A stretch of 64,000 nucleotides of DNA from Adineta vaga (GCA_021613535.1 CP075493.1:7750001-7814000), one strand, 5' to 3'. Shown: positions 27,645 to 41,465, counted from the first letter of the stretch. Program-made: numbers and translations. The notes: generated by a model not told the origin, from the sequence alone.

Positions 27645-30600
27645 TTATGAATTATTATTATTATTATTATTGTTGACAAGAATATATTCATGACGATTGC
27701 TGTTTGTTGAACTTCCATTTCCATGAAGATATCGATCTGCAAGTCGTACAGTTGATTGCAATTCATTCTCTTCTTGATCAGAATCATCATCTTCCTCATG
27801 ACCATCACTATACAACAAGAGAAAAGAAAAAACCATTTCATTTCTCTTATATTTAGAAACTAAAAACTATAAGAACGATTATTTTTTTTTGAAAATACAT
27901 ACAATGTTAAAGGTAATTGTTCTGATTCTAGTTGACGCGAAATATCATTCTCTTCATTAACATATAATGGTATTTGTTGTGCATTAGATCGCATTGATGA
28001 ATTATTACTCTAAATTGAAATAATATAATCAAAGAAATTGACATCAATTTGATTTTACCAAGTGTAAATGTTCATTCTTATCTTGAACTTGTGTTTGTAT
28101 ATTGTTTGCATTTTGATATATTTTATATCGAATCATTTCATCAAATGCAACATCTGATACATCACGAATCAGATCAGCAGCACATTCACGGATACTGAAA
28201 TAGGTAGAAAAAAGAAAGGATTGGAATATACTTCATTTCTGTATGTGTCTTACGTTAATCCAGAATATTTCTCAATAGTTATTTCAATTAATTCAGAAAA
28301 TTGACCTTCAAATCGACGTATTAATTGTGCTGAATCAGATTGTTGTTTAAATAGAAATAATATACGTTCACGAATCTGATACAAAATGGATTGATTGAAA
28401 ATATCATTAATATGTAAACGCATAAATCTAGAAATCAGAAATTTCTATTAAAGCACATGTTGATCAAAACGAGAACATACGGAATTAATTGTACCATAAT
28501 TGATTTAACTTGTAAATCAATTGTTTGTATTTCATCATTACTAATATTCTATAAATATATATATATATATGTAAGGAATTTAGTTTGAATTTCAAATGCA
28601 TGAAAATATCAATCAAACATACTTGATTGGTTACTGTATAATGAGATGCTGGTTGAATATTAAAGACAGATGTTGAAAATTCACTTGATTGTCGTTTATT
28701 ATCACTATTATTATCATCATCATCATCGAATGTCAATTCTTGTAATTGTTGATCATCATCAACAGATGATAATGTTGATTGTTGTTCTAATTTTTCTTTA
28801 TAATCATAGAGTTCATCTTCAGTTGGTATTGGTCGACGATGGATTATGAAAGATTTTGAAGGATCTTCTTTTAATAGATGACCACGATGATTAGGAAGAT
28901 CATAGATATCAGATTTTTGTTGGATACGTGGACGTGGAGATGAGTCTTCTGTAGAGAATGTATCTGAATAAAAATAAAAACTATTTTCATATCACAATCA
29001 ATTCGAAAATGAATAATAACAAACCATTTCTTTGAAGTCTGATCGGTGTTGTTTCCGTCTTGTTTCTTTCGACATGAATGGCTGTTTGTTGACTTGTACT
29101 TAGACTATTAAATGATATTTTACTTGAATTTTCCAACAAACGATTTGTTGTTAGGACAAGATTTTGTTGTTTTAATTGTTCATTAAAACTAGATCGTGGT
29201 TGAGGACGAATTGTTTGATTAAAAGCATAGATTGAATCTTTGGAATCATCTCGTGATTGAAGACGTGGCTTTTGATGAAGATATTGTTTATCAAATGAAA
29301 TTGATGATGTTAAACGATTATTTTCTGATTGAAGTGCATTGATTTCTGATTGTAAAACAGCAATTTCACGATAGGCAGTATTCAAATTAACAATAAGACC
29401 TTGTGTTAAAACTTGTTGCTGTAATTGATGAAAAACAGGATCAGATGTTGGTGTTACAGGAGAATTTGTTGCCGTTGATAAACGTTCTTCAATATGACGA
29501 TTGAATGATTTTTGTTCTCCAATAAATGTCGATAAACAATGACAGATCTCACGCATTTGTTCATTTAATTCATTGGAATTTTGTTCAAATTTAGGACGAA
29601 AAGTATTTGATACACAGAAATTCTAAAATAACTTCTCAATTTAAAAGTATGTTCTCTTTTTCGAAAGATAACTTACACTTTGTTTCGTATGTGATTGATC
29701 GATTGAAAGATGATTTTCTTTATTTAAATTATAGTCACTAGAACTAAACTCAGATTCATTTTTATCATTATTATCGTCATCACTGAAATCTTCCTGAAGA
29801 TTACAATGACGTGTTGGACGAAGGTTTTTCGAATCATTGAGTTTTTCTTCATATGTTGTAATTTCAGTTAATGGTGTTGTCATATTTTGATGCAATGTTA
29901 TTATTTGATCTTTTAAACTATGTAAACGTTGACGAGAGTCAACTAAACGTTCGATTTCACGATGTTGTTCTGCAATTTTCATATCGACAGAATTATTACC
30001 TGACGAAGAACGTTTTAATATTTGTGTGTCAGTTTGAGTATGTTGTGATGCTCTAGGATTGTAGTTAAATTGATTGGTACAACGTTCGAAATCATCGCTT
30101 TTTGATAATGGCGTTGAACGTGACGATGCTGAGGATGAATATTCATCTGGTTGGATTTTCTTTACCATTTGTTGAAGTTGACTTAATGCAGATTTGGCTT
30201 GTTCAAGCTCTCTGGAAAAAAGAATATGAATTCAAATATTACTCTCTGATAGAATTGAACATTTCATACAATCGTTTAGTAGTTAATTCATTAGATAATT
30301 TATTCAATTGTTTAGGAGTATTATTATTCGTAGTTTGCTTGAAAGATGATTTCGGAGACTCCTGATCCTGTTGAGAATTTAAATCTGTTTGATAATATGT
30401 GACGATCTGTTCTAATTCATCTAATCGTTCGCGAACATGTTCAAGATTTTGTAAACGATTTTCTGTAGATATCGTTGCTTGTTTTGATGAACTAGATAGA
30501 AAATGGTTGGTCATTGTGAGGAAAATAATGGTTAGGATAGGTACCCTTTTGATTGTTCCAATTCTATGTGATGTTTTTGTTCATAGCGATTTCGAAGTAA

Positions 30601-32044
30601 TTTCAAGCTGAATATTATGAAAAGAAATTTAGAGAAAAACAAGAAATATTTGTATAGGTACCGATTGCGTAAGTTATGAATATTAGATAAAAGATCATCT
30701 TCATTCATAGTGGCATGTTTTTGATTCGTTGAATGTTGTTGTTCTAACAAATGTTGTTCAGAATGTCGTTTCAATGCCAGTAATGCACGTTGTTGACCTT
30801 GCAATGCACGAATCTGAACATCATAGAAGTATTATAAACATGTATAGGAATGAAAACGATCTTTTACTTGTTCTTTTTGTAATGTCAAGTTTCTTTCCAT
30901 TTCTTTTTCACTTTCAGCATCAGTTGCATCTTCATCAGACTTCAAAAAAAAAGAATATCACATGAAAAATAAGTAAACGATTTGTTAGTTTTCTTACTGT
31001 AGCCTCTGGATCTTTCCAATTGAGTGTATCACTTTTCAGACTTCCAACAAGAGAATCATAATTGGAATAATCATTTCGAGTATTTTGTTCATTATCGGAT
31101 AGATTCATTGTTGGCAAGACTGTTGGTAATGATTGCGGAATAAAACCGATTTTACTTTCTATACGTGGTCGAATAGGTGATCGAATGTTACCACGAAGTG
31201 ATAGATCATCCTTAATTATAAATAGAACAAAAAATTAACTATAAAAATACAATATGTTGAAAACACGTACATCATCATCTTCTGTAGTCATTTGAGATTG
31301 ATAATGCGATGTTGTATTTCTTTGAAGTATTGCTGAACGTTCCTCAGCTGTCAACTAGAAATACACAAAGAAAAGATCGAGTTTGGTCTGTACATTGTTT
31401 ATTCAAATTACCGTAATTAAATTAAGTAAGTTAACGTAACTAGCTTGTTGTTCTTCAAGATTTCGTATAATTGAACGAAGTTTTTCATGTTGTTCATCAC
31501 AACCGGGCTATAAAAAAACAACACCGAAATATTTAGTTCATGACAATATCATTGTGATGATTTACCACTATATCTTTGAATTTTTCCATTGACTCAAGCA
31601 TTGTTCGTGCTTGTTGGATTGATTTTTGTATTTCTCGTACTCGACCTATTAGTTTTGATGTCGATATGATCTGAATATTTAAAAAGAATTATGGGTCGAT
31701 TGATTCATTTCGAATTGAATTTCTTACTTCTGATGGTTGTTCATGATCACTATTGACTATAGTATCATTATCCAATGTTTCATTTGATTCATTCTGATTG
31801 CTTTTACTAATTGTTGGTCGAGGAATACCTTCAGCTAACAAGTCATTCTTATTTTCATTACCATAATCACCGTTATTATCATCATCATCATCATCACTCA
31901 TTGGAATTCCATTATTTTGATAGACCGGATCAAAAAATGACATCTAGAAAAATTTCGTACTAAAAAATATAGTGAAACATATACTATTCGATTTACTTGA
32001 TCACTCTTGATAGGTAAATTCCGTATTTTACGTTTCGGTGGCAT
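27645..32044 (-). CDS. PCM1: Pericentriolar material 1-like coiled-coil protein
   Basis: C-terminal exons FMRLHINDIFNQSILYQIRERIL...LIRRFEGQFSELIEITIEKYSGL..IRECAADLIRDVSDVAFDEMIRYKIYQ align by eye with the PCM1_C domain. N-terminal LIGRVREIQKSIQQA resembles PCM1; multiple coiled coils. Confidence 0.72.
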
Positions 32045-32214
32045 TGAATTATCTAGAAAAGAAAATGTTAAATTCTTATCTGGTCTTCTAAGATCATAAA
32101 ATAAATTGCACTGAACAAAGAAAAACCAAAATTCACTATCCATCTTTTTTCTTCGTTCGTATGCGACGAGCTTCATTAATCAATCGTTCGAGTTCATTTC
32201 GATCTGTTTCAATT

Positions 32215-33099
32215 CTAGTATTTTGATTCTGATCATTTGATTTTTTAGATAGACTAAATGTATCAGAATGATATTGCAGAGCTAACAAATATGTTTCGGC
32301 AGATTCCGAACGTGAAGAACTTGGTTTAACGAGATGAACTGTACGAAAAAGAGATGCAAGTAATGAACGTAATTCTTGAAATGCATCGTGGCCTTGAAAT
32401 AATTTGCAAAGAAAATAACCATTTGGTTTTAATAATCGACGTGCAAAATCAAGAGCTTGATGTTGTAATACTGCGATTGCTAAAGAGAAAACACATTAAA
32501 AAAAGACTATCTTATCTTAAGGTGTCAATATACGAACCTGATTGATCAATTGTCTTACATCCAGTCACATTTGGACACATATCGGAAAGAACACCATCGA
32601 CTTTATCAATCTTTAATCGACTTAATAATTCTTGTAATCGTTTATTACAGTCACTGGTTGTGTTTTCGGTTAGATTCCAATTATCAATAATATGTACACC
32701 AGGAATTTCAAAAATTGGATCACGATCAAGTGCAATTACTGTTCCACATTTTAGATCTGGATTTGGTTGATGTAATGATGTTATTTCACTTGGATGTAAT
32801 AATTCATTTGATGAATTGGATTTTTTTCGTTTTTTAACACGAGCATTAACTTGTTTTACAAGTACTTGTGACCATGCACCAGGTGCAGCACCCATATCAA
32901 TAACAGTATGACCAGGTTGTAAAAATTGATACATATCATTTATTTCGATTAATTTAAAAGCACTTCGTGCTCGATAATTTTCTTTTACTGATCGACGAAC
33001 ATATGGATCTGAAACATGTTTTGCCATCCATGCTTTTGTATGATGACATGTACTCGTAGAGAAAAATATACGAGAAGAAAAAAATTGTTTGATAAACAT
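32215..33099 (-). CDS. MRM2: Mitochondrial rRNA methyltransferase 2 (FtsJ/RlmE family)
   Basis: Mito-targeting-like N-terminus, DPYV, YRARSAFKLIEI, VIDMGAAPGAWSQV, VLSDMCPNVTG; exon 2 has GYFLCKLFQG and VKPSSSRSESAETY. One intron. Confidence 0.93.
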
Positions 33100-34545
33100 T
33101 AACGTCTAGACGTCGACAAGAACTTCCGCTATAACTATTATTGTACAGGTTTCTTTCCGTGTATTACCATAAAAGGGTTAAAGTTAAAGCGATCACTTCC
33201 ATCGGTCAATATTTTTCAAGACATGTTTTCAAGGTAACGGCCACGAAACAGTTTACTCTTGATATGAGTTGTTAATCTCAACTTGAAAATAGTTAAATTA
33301 CTTTTTTCTTTCTTTTTAATTATTAATAAACTTTAGTCATTGTAGTTTGAAATTCTTTAAATCAATAAATAAAATAAAAATACTGTAAGTGAGTGACATC
33401 TACGAAGCTAATATGTCTGTCATGCATTTTGATTCAAGACAAAAAGAATAAAGTGTCTACCATGATCTATAGTGTCGAGTTTAAACGTAGCATATATTCA
33501 TTTTCTTGCATGCGTAAAAGACATACTTTACTATTTTGTGAATTTCCTCATGTCATGTTAAAAAATGTTCTAATACTTATATAAAAGTTTCTAATTATCA
33601 ATTTTGTTGACACTGAATTACTTTCCTTTACTTTCTTTAATAGATTTTCCCTTCAGAGTAAAAAATATGTTTCGATAAAAGCAAAAAAATAAATTCTTAT
33701 TAGTACATTCCGTCATACTTCTTTAACTTTTGTATTGTTCTCTCACAACCACCATCGGATGTATATGAATGATTAATAATCGATTCGTTTATTGATTAAG
33801 ATGAGTAACAAAAGAATCAAATTAATGTTTATATTGTGATTCTCTCATGTGAATTTTTCATTTGACGTATATTTCGGTTAATTATGATTGTAAATTGAGC
33901 AACTAATAAAGGAAAATTTCTACCCATCTTGTCTATCTTTTAACGACTGCAATCTAGTCAGCCAAAATTAGTGTATTTGACAGCAAATCTTTTAATGAAA
34001 AGATCGCTTCCAATCACTCATCAATACAATATCTTTGACCTTGTTTTTGGAAATGCTGAAGAAGTTAAGAATTGATCTTCAGCTACTTAATTATATCAGC
34101 ACTTGCTATTAAAAGACAATCAAGTCTATCCTGATACACGTAAAAATATGCTGCCGATGTTTTCTTAATATTTGTTAAAAGCCTATAAATAAATAACTGT
34201 TCAATATCAGTTAATTTCGGTGGTAAATCTGATATTGAGGAAATATTAAATTGGTCTTGTGGTTTAACAAAAAAATAAAATGTTTTAACGATTTAAAACA
34301 ATATAATTATTTTCTTTCAACAACTGTAATTTTCTCCCACCGTTCTGATTGACTATAGAGTTGTCTACAATATGAAATTGAATGTCATCTTAATTTCATG
34401 CCAAAAACATTTTATAACAAAATTCTACTAGAAAATTTTTACTGTATCATTACAATAGATTTATTTGTGATAAAAATAAAACAACTGTTCAATGTCATTT
34501 TATATTCAAGAAATGTTACATGAAAACATTTTATAATTGAGCAGA

Positions 34546-35158
34546 TTAATGCTGTTGAACATTTTGATCTTGAATCATTTTTTTAACATTTGCTAGAACA
34601 ACTTTACTTTTACCTGTCGTTTGTTTACGTTCAAATGCGTTCTTCTTTTGTGAAGTATTATCTTTACTTAGATCATAACTATCTGCACATGATCGATGTT
34701 TAGAATTTTTTATCTGGTCAGTAGAATCACTATTGGTAGATATTGACACATCTAATGATGGCTGAACAACTAGTTTATCGTCAATAGCTGTTGGTAATGG
34801 TGATGGTGTTTTCGTTTGTTTAGATTTAATGAATAATTTGGAAAGAGATGTTTGTGAACGTGTTGTTTGATGATTCTTGATTTGATCCGATTGATCTTTT
34901 ATTTCATCTGCATTCGTTTTTAATGTTGCTTTCGATTTACTATCAAACCAAAATTTATTATAAAGCAAAAGAAAACAATTGTCTTTGATTTACTTACGTT
35001 TTAATTTTATCTTGTTGTCGAATAGTTTTGGCTTTCGGTGTTACACGAATGCTTTCTACATTTCGAATAAAGATTTTCTGCACTTCTGCATCACGTTGTT
35101 TTTCATGAACTGAAAATGATTTTGATTTTCTTCGTGAAAAACAACATAATCGAGGCAT
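34546..35158 (-). CDS. Orphan basic, low-complexity protein with N-terminal dicysteine/polybasic motif (2 exons)
   Basis: ATG 35158 MPRLCCFSRRKSKS...; GTAAGT donor ~34997 and acceptor ~34941 splice in frame into ORF 34546-34968. Confidence 0.6.
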
Positions 35159-35338
35159 GAGAATAATATCAAAGTGTTCATGTAATTATCTACTTTTCGC
35201 TTTTCGAATAACAATGATGTAACATAGTTAACGAAAGAATTTTTTTTAAAGCTTACGAACGAACAAACAAATCAAATACGAACAAAAGAATTTTATTGAC
35301 ATATACGGAAGTCATTTATTTTATTTGATGTTTTTTTT

Positions 35339-35932
35339 TCAAAAGTAACATTTCACATAGGGGAAATTTTTCTGCACAGTTTTTGAAAGAAAATCATAAG
35401 TTATTGTGGATTTATCAGGTGAACCAGTGATAGTTACTGTACCACTAAAATTTGATGGTCGTGTTAAATCAGAAGTAGATGCACGTAATGCTAATATCAT
35501 TTCACCAGTAATTGGTGGATCAGTACGAATAATAGAACATCGACTATCCCATTTGACGATTGCTGTATTCAACCAATCAGTACAATCTAATACTTCAGAA
35601 AAAACATTCGTACATTCTTGAGTATTGGGATCAATTAGTGCTTGAAGATAAGTTCCATTAAAGTATGAAACTCCATAGAATATACCAGTATATTCACCGG
35701 TATATGATTGCCAATTGCGATAACCAATGATAGTTTTCATATCTTGATCTGTAACCGGTTCAACAGTATAGATTCCCGAAACGGTCATCGTCGTCATATG
35801 ACCATTGAAAGTAAAATTGAATGACGTATCCAGAGATGGTAGCATATGCTTCGGAAAAAATAGAAAAGGATTTCCATTAATTTTACTGAGAATTGTAATG
35901 AAAAAGACGAGCGCAATATTAAGCTTTTGCAT
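35339..35932 (-). CDS. Intronless secreted protein, 197 aa, paralogue A of tandem pair
   Basis: Signal peptide, 4 Cys, NGT sequon; clear colinear similarity to 36135-36731. Confidence 0.85.
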   Translation of the reverse strand: MQKLNIALVFFITILSKINGNPFLFFPKHMLPSLDTSFNFTFNGHMTTMTVSGIYTVEPVTDQDMKTIIGYRNWQSYTGEYTGIFYGVSYFNGTYLQALIDPNTQECTNVFSEVLDCTDWLNTAIVKWDSRCSIIRTDPPITGEMILALRASTSDLTRPSNFSGTVTITGSPDKSTITYDFLSKTVQKNFPYVKCYF

Positions 35933-36134
35933 GATTTGATGTTTGGTAAGCTGATTCTGGCACTGACTAGTAATGAGAAAAAAATAGTCTATTTTTACTT
36001 AATAGCATATGATGATCCCAAAGCAAATAGATTTAAGGACGCATATATATGATAACGAGCATTATCTGAAGGTGCTCGAGATATTGACAATAGACAGAAA
36101 TAAGAATGAGGCTCTTCAATTTATTTTCTTTAGT

Positions 36135-36731
36135 TTAATAGTCACATTTCACATTAGGAACGATGTTTCCTTGCATTTTCGATGTAAATTGAAACATAAT
36201 TTGTGTTCCTTCAGAAGAAATATCACTCATCATTGATACGTGCATCTTGACGGGGCGTGTCAAATCAGTAGTGTCAGCAAAAACAGTCATTTTAGCAGCG
36301 GAATTTGGTGGTAGTTCATCACCAGACATGATACAACGATTATCCCATCTTTTGATCTCAGTATTCATCCAACCGGTACAATTAGCTGTACGTGAAAAAA
36401 CACTCATACATTCTTGTGTAACTGAATTACGTGTTGAATGAAAAATAGTACCATTCAAATAGTAATCTTCATAACCTATTCGAGTGTTTTCAATTGTATA
36501 CAATTGCCAAGCTCGATAACCGATGATTGTCTGACTATTCGATGAAGTGAGTGCATATATAACATAATCTCCTGATAATTGAGTTGCATCAACAGTAGCA
36601 TCGAAAGGTAAAGTATAAATAATACCAATTGGAGGTAACATATGTCGAGGTAGAAATAAAAACGGATCAGCATTTATTCGAATCACGATCGATATGATCA
36701 ACAATACAATCACAAACATAGTTGCTCTCAT
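36135..36731 (-). CDS. Intronless secreted protein, 198 aa, paralogue B of tandem pair
   Basis: Signal peptide; motifs shared with paralogue A: PFLF.P.HMLP, TIIGYR.WQ.YT, TQEC, W.NT.I..WD.RC, DLTRP, VKC. TATAAA ~50 nt upstream. Confidence 0.85.
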   Translation of the reverse strand: MRATMFVIVLLIISIVIRINADPFLFLPRHMLPPIGIIYTLPFDATVDATQLSGDYVIYALTSSNSQTIIGYRAWQLYTIENTRIGYEDYYLNGTIFHSTRNSVTQECMSVFSRTANCTGWMNTEIKRWDNRCIMSGDELPPNSAAKMTVFADTTDLTRPVKMHVSMMSDISSEGTQIMFQFTSKMQGNIVPNVKCDY

Positions 36732-37109
36732 TTTTTTTGGACGATAGAAATGTATGAAAGTATGCCATTGTTTGTTAGATTTATATTTATTTTCTCGGGC
36801 TTATCGATTGAGGTTATTCGGTTTCACTCTATTTTCATATGGCATCATTTGATTGAAGAGAATAAGTTAGCAAAGAAAAATATTCGATATCGTTTATTTA
36901 TTTCATAAGAAAAAGAACAAAAGGAAACTGAAGAATAACAACAAGAATGTAGTTTATATATATATATATCTAATAAAAAATAATCAGAGTCTATCGACGA
37001 GTTACAATATCAACAACAATAGTGGAACCGAAAGACAATCTTCTTGTGTTTCTTGTACACCATTACAACGAAACAAAAGAAACAACATACGTACTTACTT
37101 AGTTGAATG

Positions 37110-38654
37110 CTAGGATAAAAAGCTTGGTTTTAACTTTAATTCGATTTGTGTGGATGATTTTCTTTCTGGTTCTAAAAAAAAAGATACAAATAAAACATGA
37201 AATAATCTATTGAATAATTGAGTCGTTTTTTGTGAGCACCTGGCGTTAATGGTATATAAGCTGGCATTACACTTGGAAGACTAAATTCTGGCTGTTTTAT
37301 TTTTCTAAAAGATCATAAATTACAAGTAAAACTAAAGAATATCAAGATCTCACTGAGCAGCATTTGGTATTTTTTTTAGAAATTTATTATCAGTTCGTTT
37401 TCGTCGATGTATTAAATGACAATATTTACCACGGGGACATTGACCAGTTGCATCAAATTGTGGACAAGAAAGAACATGTTGTTTCGAACACTAGATTTTT
37501 TTATGAGATTTTGTCAATAAAAAAAGAATAAACGTTTCTTCATGCTTTCTCCTACAGACCTCATTTCCTTTGGCACAAAATCCTTGAACAAAATCATCAC
37601 ATATTTGAGCATCAGTACCAACATAAGAATGTGCATATGGACAATTATCTTGTCCACAAGCGCCTTTCATAAAGAAAGAACATGTTGGTACTTTTCCAGG
37701 AATTAATTCATGAGAATAAGGACAAGAAGAATTCTTACAACGGCCATTTAAAAATCTACAATGAAGATAAACAAAATTGAAGTCATTATGTTGATGAAAT
37801 AGAATAAACATACTGTGTACAAACGGCAATTTGACGACGATCATGTAGAAATGGACATTTATCTCCACGATGACATTTACCAAAACGATTAAAATAAATA
37901 CAATTTTTTTTCTTTCGTAATGTTGTCAATTTTTTTGTTGCATTTCGTAATTGATAACGTCCATTACTTATTTGAATACTTCGTTGAAGAAGAACACTAA
38001 AATTATTTTTCAATAGAACAATGTCGATAGATTCAAAAAACAAAATGAACAATACATCGCACGTGTTCGAATTGGATCTTCGATTTTTTTCACTGGAATT
38101 GGTGTGGATACTGCTTTACTTGCATCAGAATCGGATGCTGAAAAATTACGAATAAGACATGCTTGTTCTCATTGAGATCTTACTTAAACGTTGAAGACAT
38201 TTGCCATTTGAATTTGTTTGAAATTTAATACCACGAATACGTACAAGACATTTTGATAAAGATGCTCGAGGTTTACGTTTTGATACTTGTTCATTAGTCA
38301 AAGGCTTTCGACGATCAAGCTTAAAACTAAACAAAAATCTTTACTGAATAAATAGAAATAACAATCAATGAACCTATTTCTATCCGTTTTCTTCAAACTT
38401 GTTCGCATCCATTTATATTTATTTCCAATATGTTTTGCTACTGCTGTTGATGATTTATCGATACTTTTCGCTCGTAGAAGTGTAGGTTTAGGTGAACTAA
38501 GTATTGGTTGTAATTGTTTAGTTTCATTTCGAATCAATTTAAATTGAGATGTTGGTATTCTAGTTTTCGAGACTTTGACAAGTGTTGTTGTTGAATGTAT
38601 AAGTTTGAAACGTGTTCGATGAGAATAAGGTTTACGATATGAGGGAAATTCCAT
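37110..38654 (-). CDS. ZC3H3: CCCH zinc finger protein, ZC3H3-like
   Basis: LVRIRGIKFQTNSNGKCLQR, CIYFNRFGKCHRGDKCPFLHD..IAVCT.FL.G.C, five tandem CCCH fingers; ends LKLKPSFLS-TAG. Confidence 0.85.
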
Positions 38655-38810
38655 CTATAATAACTGAGAAGGAAAAAAAAGAGAATGAAATTTTAATATA
38701 ACATTTAGTTTAACTACATAAACAAAGACGAGAAGACAAACAAAGAAAGAAAGAAAAACATATTGTTGAATTATATATATATATATATAAGAGATATATA
38801 TCATTCAAAA

Positions 38811-40842
38811 TTAAGAATTACGAATGCCAAGAGCTTGTTCTAATTCAACACGTTTTTGTTGAACTTTATTGTAGAAATATCGACTAACAGCTTCATAAGA
38901 CCATTGTTCCGTGTAATAATCAGCTCTTCGTTCTTCTTCAGTATTTCCTGTCGTTGAATCCGTTATCATTTTCAGATCACGAGATTGTGATGCTAACCAT
39001 TTACATATAAAACTTTGAGGATCATCAGCAAATGAAAGATAAAATTCTCGACTTTGCTTTAATTGATTAATACTATCGATATATTGAAGAATCTAAACAT
39101 GTGCAAAAGAGTTCATAATACTATTTCTTGTTTCTAAAATTATTCTTACTTTGCCATCTAAGTCTTCTAATTCATGCGTATTTTGTGGAGTAAGAAATGA
39201 TCGCATTGAATCTCGAACTGGATCATCAACTTCAACATCAATATCATAACAAGCATGTTTTTTTGGATCAGTACCCAAACTAAAATTTCGAGATGATCAT
39301 AATTTAATTTAATAAATAAGAAAAATAAATTCGTACCAAAGGGTATGGTTGATAATGATCGGCTCTGATGGAAGAATAAGTTTATTCAGTTTACTTGGTA
39401 AATCAGAAAAACGAAGACGTGAACAATCAAATATCTAGAGAGAAATAAGTTTCAGTATTCGATTTGATATACATTATGAAAAATAATAAGATACCAACCG
39501 ACTGGAGATGTGTATCACAATTGATAAACTCTCGTTCTTCAGAATCTTGTAGTTTATGTGTTTTGATATATTGCCATATGGCATGAATGATTGTTTGACG
39601 TGTACCATTAGTAATTGAAAGTAAACGAGCAAGACGAGCGTCAAGACGAAATTGGGGTGGCTAGAAAACATTCATATAGAAAACATTTGTTTGATCCAAA
39701 GTAAATAAACTTACAGAATGATCAAGAACCATTAGAATTGTACATTTAACATTTTGATCACCTGGTCGACGAACTTGAAAACCATCCGTTTCTGCTGTAG
39801 CATTTGTACGATGCCACTAGAAATTCGAATTTATTTTAATTCATATTCAAATTTATACGACAAACCTCAACAAGATGATTATCTGGTCCATACAAATCTT
39901 TGTCAAGCTCAATGACAAGACTTCGAAAAAATGAAGAAAATTTACGTTTTGATTTTCCTTGATCATATTTATTTGTATTAGGCTAAACGAGAATATTGTT
40001 GTTCTATAATCATAATATTAATCCTATTTAACTTACATCATCAAGTAGACGACCTTCAACACGCATTTCCCAATACTGAACTTGTTCATCATCCATACCT
40101 GTTGTATCTGAATCAAAACGAACTGGATATTGATGACTAATAAAGATTCGTAATTTCTTTTTGATCTAAATATAAAGAGTTTGTAAAATATTCAAAACAT
40201 TCTTTTTCTTTTCTGTGTAACATACTTTTTGTGGCCGTTTTAGTGTTTCTTGTAAATCAAGTCGTTTTCTCATGAGAACAGAATCTAATTTTTGTTCTAA
40301 ACGTAATAATTCAATGTAAGCTTGAGATTCTGGCACAAGCGAACGTATTTGTTTATGAATGATTTTTTCTGTTAAACGTTTACGTTTTTTTCTGAAAATA
40401 TTCAAAAAATATATAAATACACGGCAACATCCTCTACTCACTGAGGTCTAATGGGACCAGCACCGCCTGCATTAGGCATCATCACTGGATTTGGACCACC
40501 CATAGCAGCTCCATATGGCATTGGTGGTTGTTGTCCAGATTGCATCATTTGTTGTTGACGTGGATCATTTGTATAAGTTCCACGTTTTGTTTTATCGTAA
40601 AGTGGTGTACGATTCATGACACCATATGGACTACCAACTGGTCGAGACATCATTGATGTTTGAGGTGATTGTTGTTGTTGTTGTTGGATCATCGATACTT
40701 GCATAGGTGATGGTGCTACCATTGGACGCATAGATGGGACACCAACAGAAGTATTCGGTTGAGGCATACCAGGTGTATTCATCATTGTTGGAGGACGTTG
40801 CATTGGTGATCCTTGTTGTTGTTGCATTTGATTGGGATACAT
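38811..40842 (-). CDS. SMARCD1: SWI/SNF subunit BAF60 (SMARCD)
   Basis: [62 protein letters not shown] domain, ACYDIDVEV, ends [11 protein letters not shown]-rich N-terminus. Confidence 0.96.
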
Positions 40843-41465
40843 GCTGATTTTTATTTGACAGAATATACTATGTTAAATCGTGTCTATGTCACAGAAAAGA
40901 AACATCGTACATAGCATTGTTTAGAGTTGTGCTTGATTCGCTGATAGAATGGACAAATCCAAAAATAAACTAATAGAGGGCAGCACATATCAACAAACAA
41001 CATATTCTTCTAATTATTTCAATTTCATCCTATTATAGCTAAGTTATCAACACTATGTTTCTGCTGATAAACAAAGGTCATTGATAGACAGACCACATGA
41101 ATGAACAGCTTGTATACATCTGACATATCTGTTTGAAATAATACAAGTGGCCGAAGCAAAATAAATGTGAGATTTTATAATTGATTTTCAATTATTCACA
41201 ATCGTGTCTATACTACATTTACTAATGAGACCTTAATAAACGATGATATGAATCATTTCTTAAATTTTTATTTCAATCGATGTTGGAAAAAAAGACATGT
41301 ATTTCTTTTTATTAATATGTGAATAAAGAGAAATTCATAGATTGATTTCATTGAAACTGCTCGAAAGGTTAATAGCATGCATATGGTTGATTTTTGTTTC
41401 TTTTTCTTGTGAATCAAATGAGCGTGCAGGAAAAAAATGTTCTTTTTTTTAGAGTTTGGAAGATT

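Noticed and set aside
33102-33113. 12-bp palindrome ACGTCTAGACGT just upstream of the MRM2 ATG
   Set aside because: Single occurrence; could arise by chance; no function supportable.
33200-34500. 1.3 kb ORF-poor stretch as possible transposon remnant
   Set aside because: No terminal repeats, TSDs or transposase/RT fragments identifiable by eye.
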